DNA of 64,000 nt from a virus (lineage: Duplodnaviria; Caudoviricetes), in IMG/VR virus record IMGVR_UViG_3300021255_002052, positions 1-64,000 of that record. The stretch is one strand, 5' to 3'. This document shows, piece by piece, positions 10,162 to 18,035 of the stretch; within the stretch, counting starts at the first letter, position 1, and the number at the start of each line of letters is the position of its first letter. The notes under the pieces were generated by a model. The model was not told where the DNA came from, did no database searches, and saw only the letters and a program-made list of their open reading frames with translations. The position numbers and the translations under genes were made by a program.

Positions 10162-10706
10162 GCGATACTAACGGTCTCGGAGTAAATTTCTTCGAGGAAT
10201 TCAGGCGAATGATGGAACACATCGCAAACCAGATCGAAGCTAATAAAGAGAATATCATCGTTGTTAGCACAAAGACTGACGCAGCAACCACGAACATCGG
10301 CATGTTGACCGATCGCGTCGAAAACGTCGAGAACGATGTCAAGACGATTAAAGAAACGGATCGGATCACTAGAAGTCAGAGAAGAAAGATAAAGGATACC
10401 CTCAAGAGTAGGGTCGGGCAACTCCTAAAGCTGAAATATGATGGAGGAGTCCTCGCGGATGAGTCGATCCCGGTTTCCAGGAAGTATAGCCGTGGCTTTA
10501 TCTCTAAGGCTTATTGTGACGCGAAACGCAAGGGTGTCATGGAAGATCCGGTGGAGGATACTCCGAAGAAGAATTTCCAGGATTGCATCGACTATCTCGA
10601 AGCCTGGACTCCGGAAGTCCGCGGAGGCACGGCGGGATACATGAGATATCTCGACAAACTGAAAGAGGTGGGCAAGAAGGCGAAACCGCGTAAGAAATCC
10701 CACTAA
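10158..10706 (+). CDS. ORF6C-like domain phage regulatory protein
   Basis: Coiled coil then ITRSQRRKIK...DTPKKNFQDCIDYLEAWTP, resembling ORF6C. Confidence 0.55.
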   Translation: MSDTNGLGVNFFEEFRRMMEHIANQIEANKENIIVVSTKTDAATTNIGMLTDRVENVENDVKTIKETDRITRSQRRKIKDTLKSRVGQLLKLKYDGGVLADESIPVSRKYSRGFISKAYCDAKRKGVMEDPVEDTPKKNFQDCIDYLEAWTPEVRGGTAGYMRYLDKLKEVGKKAKPRKKSH

Positions 10707-10773
10707 TCTAACCCCTATATAATAGGAAGAAACTCGTTCGCTTTCTAGAAGATATAACCGGGAGGTACCGAAA

Positions 10774-11106
10774 ATGACGAGAACGTTGTTCGTTCGAATT
10801 CTAGACGAGCTCCGCGACGGCGAAGACCTAGTCACGAAAATCGGGGCTCTGATTCAGAGTTACGACAGAAAATATAAGACAGATTTCCCCGAGCCTTATG
10901 GTCTGGTTGTAGAACACGAAGATATTATAGTGAAATTGTTAGAAGAGATTATGAGAGATCATGACGGCATGATCTCGTGGTGGTGTTTCGAGAAAGATTT
11001 CGGCCGGTCTTTCGAGTTCGGAGATGTCACGGATAACGGTCGGAATATCCCGCTATTCACTCCCGACGATCTTTGGACATATCTAACGGAAGGAACGAAT
11101 TCATGA
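10774..11106 (+). CDS. hypothetical phage protein
   Basis: GGAGGT SD; ISWWCFEKDFG motif. Confidence 0.7.
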   Translation: MTRTLFVRILDELRDGEDLVTKIGALIQSYDRKYKTDFPEPYGLVVEHEDIIVKLLEEIMRDHDGMISWWCFEKDFGRSFEFGDVTDNGRNIPLFTPDDLWTYLTEGTNS

Positions 11107-11585
11107 TAAGTCTAGAAGATATTTACGAAAGCGAGCTCCCGATCGGGTGGGTAAAAGCCTTCGGCGAAGATCTGGTTCGCGAAATTAACGCCGCAGATCC
11201 GGAAGTCGAGATTGTACAGGCGAAAGAAAAGTACGGTTCTCTCCGCTTCTATTATCATCCGTCGTCCGACGCTGTCGACGAGATCATTAGCAAATACGAG
11301 GCTCTTTCCGAACATATCTGTTTTCATTGCGGGAAACCGGATGTTCCGCGAACCGTTGCTGGCTGGATAGAACCGATATGCCGGGATTGTTATAAAAAGA
11401 TCGATTGTACCCTTTCATACGAGGAGGCCACTTCTTCTAGCAACCGAATGCCGGATTCGTACACGACGATGCGTTATACGCTATCCGGGAAGAAAGTAGT
11501 TAGGAAATACGATATTTCGGCGGACGCCGCGCGGATCCGAGCCAGATGGGAGGAAACTTATGGAAACGGTTCGAAGAGAGGTTAA
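11103..11585 (+). CDS. conserved phage protein with CxxC pairs
   Basis: QAKEKYGSLRFY motif, CFHC and CRDC. Confidence 0.7.
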   Translation: MISLEDIYESELPIGWVKAFGEDLVREINAADPEVEIVQAKEKYGSLRFYYHPSSDAVDEIISKYEALSEHICFHCGKPDVPRTVAGWIEPICRDCYKKIDCTLSYEEATSSSNRMPDSYTTMRYTLSGKKVVRKYDISADAARIRARWEETYGNGSKRG

Positions 11586-11757
11586 GACTTACCAGGTAGA
11601 ACTGGTATGCCCGAAATGCGGGAAAGGCCGGATGTCTCCTGATCTGTCCAACATCACTCTAGCCACCTATCCGCCGAAATACTTACATCTCTGCGACCTA
11701 TGCGGCTATGAAGAGCTCGTGACCGGAAAAATATATCCGTACCTCGAGTACGAATAA
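11560..11757 (+). CDS. small zinc-ribbon protein
   Basis: CPKC...CDLC; GGAGG SD. Confidence 0.7.
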   Translation: METVRREVKTYQVELVCPKCGKGRMSPDLSNITLATYPPKYLHLCDLCGYEELVTGKIYPYLEYE

Positions 11758-11806
11758 TTCCGGAATCCCTAACAACGAAAACGAGAAGTAAACAATAGGA
11801 GGCACC

Positions 11807-12190
11807 GTGGATAAAGTTAGCAGTTTCGAGTTCGTCTTCGAAAATGGCGAAAAACTGTCGATTCCAGCGAATCTAGTCGAGAGCTTCGGACTGTTCGGCG
11901 TGACCTGGAATGTTACCCAGAAATACGGCGAGGAAAAACCGGACATTTATCTAACAGTGAACGAATACTACATCATGATCAGTAACGAGGCGGATGAGCC
12001 GTACGTGGATGGCTCCGAACCCACCGTGAGTGAGAGACTCGAGGTCGGCGATATTACGGAGATCAGGCTCTACTACTCCCCCACTGAAAGATACGATACC
12101 TACTACGTCCAGTGGGATGAGGATGATGAAGAATTCGATAAATGGCAGAGTTTGGAGCGATTCGACGACATATTCGTACTAAGGAGGTGA
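11807..12190 (+). CDS. hypothetical acidic protein
   Basis: AGGAGG SD, GTG start, 127 aa. Confidence 0.7.
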   Translation: MDKVSSFEFVFENGEKLSIPANLVESFGLFGVTWNVTQKYGEEKPDIYLTVNEYYIMISNEADEPYVDGSEPTVSERLEVGDITEIRLYYSPTERYDTYYVQWDEDDEEFDKWQSLERFDDIFVLRR

Positions 12191-12195
12191 TTGTT

Positions 12196-12372
12196 ACGGC
12201 TGAAAATAGAACATTTCGAGACGGGATGAAGGCGGGAATCGTCTTATCTCTTAAAATGCTCGAAACGACACCGATCATGCAAGCAACGAAGAGCTTAACA
12301 GAAACGTACAAAAAACTGGAAACGCTCGTGGACGAGAACGGCGAATCTCTAACCGAGAAAAATCCGGAATAA
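12196..12372 (+). CDS. small hypothetical protein, probable ACG start
   Basis: AAGGAGGTGA SD then ACG GCT GAA AAT. Confidence 0.55.
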   Translation, partial: TAENRTFRDGMKAGIVLSLKMLETTPIMQATKSLTETYKKLETLVDENGESLTEKNPE

Positions 12373-12414
12373 GTTTATTAGGAATCAGGAAGTATTTATT
12401 AGGAGGAAACGATT

Positions 12415-13050
12415 ATGACGAAAGAAAGCATGACAGTACACCAGGCACTATGTGAACTGAAAGTCGCGGATAAGCGGATCAAGAAACTGATCGACGAGAC
12501 TTATTGCTATACCAGAAAAGCGAAGGAGACAAAGGTTTCCGGTCGCCCGGTCGAAGAAGTCGAGGACGAGATCAAGGCTAATTATCAGAAATTCGTCGAT
12601 CTCACGAATCGGGTAAACGCGATCAAGGCCGCGCTCAGCGATTCTAACGCGAAGACTGTGATCACGGTTGCCGGAAAACAGATGACGGTCGCCGAGGCAA
12701 TCTACCTCAACAACTACGGGGTTAGAAATAAGAAGGACTTCGTTGCCACGATTATGGCCGAGCTTTCCGTGTGCCAGGATAAGGTCGACGAAGCTAACGA
12801 GAAGCTCGAGGCTCGCTGCGACAAGGCCGTTGCCGATATGTACGGCACCGACGGAGCAAAGAAGAACTCGAAAGAAGCCGAGGAGTACCGGAATACGTTC
12901 TATAACCAGAACGCCCAGGTCCTCGTGGATCCGATCGGTATCATGGCGGTCGCTAAGAAGATCCAGGAAGAGATCGACGAGTTTGAGTCGACGGTAGACG
13001 CCGCGATTCAGATGTCCAACGCGACTACGACGATCGAGATCGAGTACTGA
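12415..13050 (+). CDS. long coiled-coil protein (DIP1984/septicolysin/DUF6847-like)
   Basis: MTVHQALCELKVADKRI, IKAALSDSNAKTVITVAGKQMTVAEAI and VDAAIQMSNATTTIEI fit the family pattern as I recall it. Confidence 0.6.
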   Translation: MTKESMTVHQALCELKVADKRIKKLIDETYCYTRKAKETKVSGRPVEEVEDEIKANYQKFVDLTNRVNAIKAALSDSNAKTVITVAGKQMTVAEAIYLNNYGVRNKKDFVATIMAELSVCQDKVDEANEKLEARCDKAVADMYGTDGAKKNSKEAEEYRNTFYNQNAQVLVDPIGIMAVAKKIQEEIDEFESTVDAAIQMSNATTTIEIEY

Positions 13051-13058
13051 TAAATCCT

Positions 13059-13393
13059 TTCCTTGCGTAACGAAAACTTCGAAATACGGGCTCTCGATTC
13101 GCTCGGCGGTTCCGAACGAGATTAAATAACAAAATAGACCGCCTCCTATACAAGAAGAAAAATAAGGAGGGCGTACAGGTTCTATAAAGAATGATAGAAC
13201 AGTACATCTTTGTTAAAGCCGGACTGGTTACTAGTTACTAGTTACTGACTATCGGTTACTTTTTACTCAGTATAAAACCAGTACTGTTTACGCCTTATTT
13301 CGTATTTTCTATTATTTCGGAAAATCTTCGGCACACAGTTCACGCTGCTGCTCGTATCTAGCGAAGAAATCTGCGAAGCTGTTACGTAAGGAA
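13059..13393 (+). ncRNA. putative ~335-nt structured RNA with GTTACT repeats in its apical loop
   Basis: 13-bp closing helix 13059-13071/13381-13393, at least six nested helices, a GGCGGT/ACCGCC pseudoknot, no credible ORF. Confidence 0.65.
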
Positions 13394-13419
13394 TTTCTAG
13401 CCGGGGTAATCCCCGATTA

Positions 13420-13501
13420 GCCGGCGTGGCGGAAATGGCAGACGCGCCAGATTTAGGATCTGGTGTCTAGCGACGCGCGGGTTCGAATCCCGCCACCGGC
13501 A
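13420..13501 (+). tRNA. tRNA-Leu (anticodon TAG)
   Basis: Cloverleaf; CCAGA-TTTAGGA-TCTGG anticodon arm, variable arm, GGTTCGAATCC. Confidence 0.9.
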
Positions 13502-13551
13502 CTTGCCCGACGAGGGCGCTTCGAGAGTCGACTCTCTTACTCAGGAGGAAC

Positions 13552-14310
13552 ATGGTAAAGAAGAAATTAAAAGAACAACAGGGAATACTCGTAAAGAATG
13601 TCGGCCAATGTACGAACTTCGGCGGCCTCGACATAGACGGTAAGACCCTGTATACGATCAAGACGAAGAAAACGAATGATCTATCCGCGATTTCGGTATA
13701 TCCGGATTACCAGAAAGCTAAGCGAACTAGTCACAAGTTCCGCAACTGCCTCAATCACGGAAACGATCTAGCGTATCACGACGGGAAACTGTACGTCGCG
13801 CCCTGTGATAGATTTTGCGGGGTTGTGGATACGAAGACCTGGGATTTCAGGCGGCTAGAGTGTCCGAACATTCAGATTTCTGGAATAACTTACTATAAAA
13901 ACGGGAAGTTTATAGTGTTGTCGGCCGCCTGGGGCGATTCGTACTGGCTTTCTATAATGAAGCCTCTCGGGGATAAGATTTCGCTCATCGCTTCCTGGGA
14001 AGTCGCGAATCCGATGGCGGCGCTCGGTTATACCACGTCACAGGGAATAACTTATTCCGCTAGTTACAAGGAAGTCTTCACGGTTTTCACTAACGTAGAT
14101 GGCCGGAGTAACGTGATCCTGAGATCCGGCATTCGGGCAACAGAGCCGGACTTTTGTTACACCAGTAAGCGGTCAGATAGCGGCCTATACGAGCTGGAAG
14201 GAATCTCCTTCGGCCCTAACAACGTCTTGGTTCTAGGATCTAATCTCCCGTCCGGTAAGGATTCTGTATTCACGTCCGACATTTTCAAACGGTCGCCTCT
14301 CGCGGCCTAA
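13552..14310 (+). CDS. probable beta-propeller protein
   Basis: Blade-like repeats HGNDLAYHDGKLYVA, ISGITY, SQGITY, ELEGISF. Confidence 0.55.
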   Translation: MVKKKLKEQQGILVKNVGQCTNFGGLDIDGKTLYTIKTKKTNDLSAISVYPDYQKAKRTSHKFRNCLNHGNDLAYHDGKLYVAPCDRFCGVVDTKTWDFRRLECPNIQISGITYYKNGKFIVLSAAWGDSYWLSIMKPLGDKISLIASWEVANPMAALGYTTSQGITYSASYKEVFTVFTNVDGRSNVILRSGIRATEPDFCYTSKRSDSGLYELEGISFGPNNVLVLGSNLPSGKDSVFTSDIFKRSPLAA

Positions 14311-14314
14311 TCTC

Positions 14315-14388
14315 GCGCCTGTAGCAGAACTGGAATATGCATGGGATTTAAGCTCCCAGATTTGTGGGTTCAACTCCCACCAGGCGTA
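14315..14388 (+). tRNA. tRNA-Leu (anticodon TAA), short variable loop
   Basis: GCGCCTG/CAGGCGT acceptor, TGGGA-TTTAAGC-TCCCA, GTGGG-TTCAACT-CCCAC. Confidence 0.8.
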
Positions 14389-14715
14389 TCGTTAGAAGCG
14401 ACAAGCCACATACTACCCTGGGCTGAGATACGGTGAAACGATATATCCCTCTCCTCTTCTAATGACTGACGCATCAGAAAATTAATACTTTGGACAACAG
14501 CTTACTGGAATCGGTTGACTGGTTTCGAATCTTGGTGCGTGAAGATTCTCCGGCTGTTGGGGGTGAAAACGGAACGAGTCAATGCGGCAAAACCGGTATC
14601 AGTTCAAAGCTTCGAAGATGAGGAGCGGACGAGGCAGATGGCGATGCAGACGAACCAACGGTGTCTAGGTGTCGAGTAATCTGAAGAAGTAGAGAATTGG
14701 TACCGGTTATTGTTA

Positions 14716-14788
14716 CCGAAGCTACCCAAGCGGTTATGGGGCAGGTCTTATAAACCTGTTGCGCTGTGTTCGACTCACAGGCTTCGGA
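14716..14788 (+). tRNA. tRNA-Ile (anticodon TAT)
   Basis: CCGAAGC/GCTTCGG acceptor, CAGGT-CTTATAA-ACCTG, CTGTG-TTCGACT-CACAG. Confidence 0.85.
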
Positions 14789-14792
14789 TTGT

Positions 14793-14977
14793 TCTCCGGT
14801 GGCGGAATAGGTAAACGCTTAGTGCATTGGGAAACTGGTGCAACATTGAAATTAGGAATCGAATTGCAGTCAGACTAAAAGTAGATGTATGAAGAGGAGT
14901 ACCAAACGGTAGTATGCAATGAAGTCCGTGGTATATTCAAACTCCCTCATGTGAGGTGCAAATCCTTACCTGGAGAA
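14793..14977 (+). ncRNA. tRNA-like RNA with a ~130-nt insert replacing the anticodon arm (class A, copy 1)
   Basis: Acceptor TCTCCGG/CTGGAGA, D arm GCGGAATAGGTAAACGC, T arm GTGAGG-TGCAAAT-CCTTAC. Confidence 0.65.
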
Positions 14978-14979
14978 TT

Positions 14980-15065
14980 GGCTCTATAGAATAATGGAAG
15001 TTAACTTAAGCCGGTAGTTCACTTCATGGTAAGAAGAGGTTCTGGTTCAATTCCAGATAGAGCCG
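14980..15065 (+). tRNA. tRNA-Thr (anticodon GGT) with enlarged D loop
   Basis: GGCTCTA/TAGAGCC acceptor, CTTC-ATGGTAA-GAAG, TCTGG-TTCAATT-CCAGA; about 14 extra nt in the D loop. Confidence 0.6.
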
Positions 15066-15294
15066 TTACAAGCGAAATAGCCGCTACGGGTACATAAGAC
15101 CTTCGTGCTGTATCTTTAATTAAAGTCAGGAGCAAATGCGAGGCGGCTTCTGCGGTAGCTTGTAAACGTGCATGGTATTAATCGGTGTACAACGATTGTT
15201 TTATGGATAAGCGGAGAGCCTATCCGACATGCATAAGACTGGTTTGTTAGTGAGCATTAAAGTGTGGTCGAAGGCCAAGACCACCGCCGGTTAT

Positions 15295-15378
15295 CGGAAC
15301 GTGATCAAATGGTAAGATACTGGAGGCAATGGTACGCCCATACCGCCGGAAATGTGGGTTCGAATCCTGCCGTTCTGA
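15295..15378 (+). ncRNA. tRNA-like RNA with extended anticodon arm (class B, copy 1)
   Basis: Acceptor CGGAACG/CGTTCTG, D arm, GGTTCGAATCC T loop; no canonical 7-nt anticodon loop. Confidence 0.55.
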
Positions 15379-15493
15379 TGGCTGCCGAGAGCAAATGATC
15401 CGCTTGCAGGGAAGTTACCATAGAGTAGAGCTTCAGAAGAGTGCGGGATGAGCGGTTGGTGGGAACCTGAACCACCATTATAGAATTTGACAT

Positions 15494-15648
15494 TATGCGG
15501 TGGCGGAACAGGTAGACGGGGTCAACAGGGAGAAGATGACTTGCGAGTAGGAACAGCTCGTTAAGAATAAGAGCTAACACGACCATTGCGATAACCCTGC
15601 ATTGAAAAAAATCATCTTCATGTAAGGTGCAAATCCTTACCCGCATAA
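15494..15648 (+). ncRNA. tRNA-like RNA with a ~100-nt insert (class A, copy 2)
   Basis: Acceptor TATGCGG/CCGCATA; shares GGTGGCGGAAYAGGTARACG and TCATGTRAGGTGCAAATCCTTACC with 14793-14977. Confidence 0.65.
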
Positions 15649-15876
15649 GCCGTGGTATCTTCCCACGATAAACCAGAGAGGTTTGCAGTTATCCTGAGAG
15701 CCTGCCTATCGGCATTATGCTAAGTAGAGCTTAACCCTTCATGAAGGGGATGCACGGCGGGAACAAACGAATCCTCCTCCTGTTGGTAGCCAGAAAACCA
15801 GTCGAGCGAGAAATCTGAAAACGCAGCGGTCTGGCAATGCGGAAGTAGGGCGCACCTTTGGGGATACGGTGCATAT

Positions 15877-15990
15877 CGGAATGTAGTTTAACTGGTTAAA
15901 ACGTACCCGCCGGATAGCGACCGTATGCCGGGAACAGTGACGAGTAAGCTGGTAACGGGTGAGAAGGGGGTTCAAGTCCTCCCGTTCCGA
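15877..15990 (+). ncRNA. tRNA-like RNA with a ~46-nt anticodon loop insert (class B, copy 2)
   Basis: Acceptor CGGAATG/CGTTCCG, D arm GTTT-AACTGGTTA-AAAC, anticodon stem ACCCG/CGGGT, T loop TTCAAGT. Confidence 0.6.
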
Positions 15991-16158
15991 AAATCCAAAG
16001 CTGGCAGCTTAGTATGGCAATGGCTGAAATGCTTATGTCTAGTCAGCAGGGACGAGCTAATCCGTCAACGAAAGCGGCCTCCGCCAGAGAGGTGGCAACG
16101 CGTGTATAGGGAAAAGCGCAAGGACAGTCGTTCGTAGGCTATACACATCTGGCGTTAT

Positions 16159-16230
16159 AGGGGCGTCGCCAAAGGGTAAGGCATGGGATTTTGGTTCCCA
16201 GATTTGCACGTTCGAGTCGTGTCGCCCTTG
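16159..16230 (+). tRNA. tRNA-Gln (anticodon TTG)
   Basis: AGGGGCG/CGCCCTT acceptor, TGGGA-TTTTGGT-TCCCA, G73. Confidence 0.9.
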
Positions 16231-16348
16231 TTTTGCGCAGTTACGTCACTGCGCCACATTCCCAGAAATGGAGAAGAAATTAATGGAGTCGCCATGGCAG
16301 ACGGCAAGTTCGCAATAGTCTGCCGCTTTTAACGAAAGGAGAAAGTGG

Positions 16349-17131
16349 ATGAGAGTCATTAGACGAAATTGCTTCGAGACAAATTCGAGTAGCCAACATT
16401 CCATCGTAGTAACGACCAACGACTGCCACGTAACAGCGGAAGAACTCACCGGTCGGGATGGTTACAACCCTGAATACGTATACGTCGACAGCCATGGTGC
16501 CATAGATCTGTACGAAGTTAGGGATGGTTATGAAAGATACCCATTTCAGATCTTGTCCACCTTCGAGGATAAACTACAGTACGCTCTCTGCGAATATCTG
16601 GGACGTAAGTATGTGGATGATCCGGAATATGACGAGATTTTTGAAGAATTCGAAAATATAACTAAAGAGGTTATCCCGGAATTTACACATTTCAGTATAG
16701 CTACTAGAGATGAAGATGCGTGGTTGACCCAGAACGGCGACACGATCCCTCACAAGTTCCTTATCTATGATGGCTGGGACGCGGAAAACGAGCGCGAGAT
16801 TTATACATATAAAGATAAGGATGGTAACATCCACCAGGCAATATTCGACGAAGAAAACTGTTACGAGGCGCCCGATATCGGGCAGATCGATCACCAGAGC
16901 GCGGGGATGTTAAAGAATTTCCTAAAAGATCGCGAGATTTCACTGAAGGAGTTTCTTACTAATAAGAAGTACGTGATCATAGTGGATGGGGATGAATACT
17001 GTGAGTGGGATAAATTCCTACATAGCGGCCTGGTAGATTTGGATAAAATAGTCGAGCAATACGCAGTAAGCGATGAAACAGCCAGATATCTTAAATGGAA
17101 GGAGGAACATCCAGATGAGAGCGATTCGTGA
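16349..17131 (+). CDS. ETNSS-motif protein 1
   Basis: N-terminus MRVIRRNCFETNSSSQHS; internal GQIDHQS. Confidence 0.8.
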   Translation: MRVIRRNCFETNSSSQHSIVVTTNDCHVTAEELTGRDGYNPEYVYVDSHGAIDLYEVRDGYERYPFQILSTFEDKLQYALCEYLGRKYVDDPEYDEIFEEFENITKEVIPEFTHFSIATRDEDAWLTQNGDTIPHKFLIYDGWDAENEREIYTYKDKDGNIHQAIFDEENCYEAPDIGQIDHQSAGMLKNFLKDREISLKEFLTNKKYVIIVDGDEYCEWDKFLHSGLVDLDKIVEQYAVSDETARYLKWKEEHPDESDS

Positions 17132-17621
17132 GAAAGTCTGGGAGACCAATAGTTCTAGCTCCCATACGGTAAGTATTAGGGGCAAGAAAGAGATCACAAA
17201 ATACGCATTTGTAGGAGACAGCAAATCATTAGTGGTTTATCTCGAAGAATACGGATGGAATGGTTATCCCTGTGACGACTTTATGTCGAAACTCGAATAC
17301 GCGATGTGCATGGTATTAATGACCGAATATCCGGATTTCAGGTACTGGGATGAGCATGACTTTACAGTAAATCAGACGGTTCTCGAATCCCTGGACGGAT
17401 ATCAGCTTCTTCTAAACGCAGTTAGGACTCAGTTTCCGGATTGTAAAGAAATCGTTATAAAGAAAAATGACGGGTATTATCCATACGGCTACATCGACCA
17501 TCAGTCCTGCGAGGGTTACTCTTCTCTTCGCGATTTTCTAGAAGACTGGAATTTGACCGCTGAGAGATACCTCTTTGACTACGGAGTGGTGGTTCATATC
17601 GACAACGACAATCATTATTAA
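17115..17621 (+). CDS. ETNSS-motif protein 2
   Basis: N-terminus MRAIREKVWETNSSSSHT; internal GYIDHQS; AAGGAGG SD. Confidence 0.8.
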   Translation: MRAIREKVWETNSSSSHTVSIRGKKEITKYAFVGDSKSLVVYLEEYGWNGYPCDDFMSKLEYAMCMVLMTEYPDFRYWDEHDFTVNQTVLESLDGYQLLLNAVRTQFPDCKEIVIKKNDGYYPYGYIDHQSCEGYSSLRDFLEDWNLTAERYLFDYGVVVHIDNDNHY

Positions 17622-17635
17622 GGAGGTGATCAATC

Positions 17636-18034
17636 ACGAAAGTAATCAGGCGAAAGATCTGGGAGACTAATAGCTCGATGACTCATAGCTGCGTCATCAT
17701 GACGGCAGAACAAAGTAAGAAATGGGAAGAAGAAGGACTGTACTATTATCCAGGGCATAATTATTGGGATCCATTTAAAGAATTAATGGAAGATGAGAAA
17801 CCAGTCCCGGGGGAGTTTTACACACAAGATGAGGTGATCGAGTTCCACAGACTCCAGGGATATATATATGATCCAAACGTAAGTGATAAAGAATCATTTA
17901 TTGAAGAGATGGGTGACTTTGTCACATATGATTCCTGGATGGAGGATGAGTATCTCGAAACAGATATTCATTCATATACAACTCCTAAAGGGGAAGAAAT
18001 CGTAGTTCTCTGCAAATACGGGAGGGACGGCTAA
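17636..18034 (+). CDS. ETNSS-motif protein 3, ACG start
   Basis: ACG-KVIRRKIWETNSSMTHS aligns with Met1 of both paralogs; AAGGAGGTGA SD. Confidence 0.8.
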   Translation, partial: TKVIRRKIWETNSSMTHSCVIMTAEQSKKWEEEGLYYYPGHNYWDPFKELMEDEKPVPGEFYTQDEVIEFHRLQGYIYDPNVSDKESFIEEMGDFVTYDSWMEDEYLETDIHSYTTPKGEEIVVLCKYGRDG

Positions 18035-18035
18035 T

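Noticed and set aside
13227-13267. GTTACTA repeats as a CRISPR array
   Set aside because: The units are 5-7 nt with no spacers, and no cas genes are present.
14793-14977. tmRNA or a group I intron-containing tRNA
   Set aside because: Too short, no G3-U70 pair, no credible tag ORF and no P7 core.
15305-16137. ORF-track proteins overlapping the tRNA array
   Set aside because: They overlap tRNA-like elements, lack SD sites and have non-protein-like composition.
16278-16330. Fluoride riboswitch-like ATGGAGTCGCCAT
   Set aside because: The 5' pairing strand and the 3' pseudoknot segment are missing.
13400-16340. Initiator tRNA with CGT anticodon to explain the ACG starts
   Set aside because: None found; the hairpin at about 16235-16254 has ACGT in its loop but no cloverleaf.
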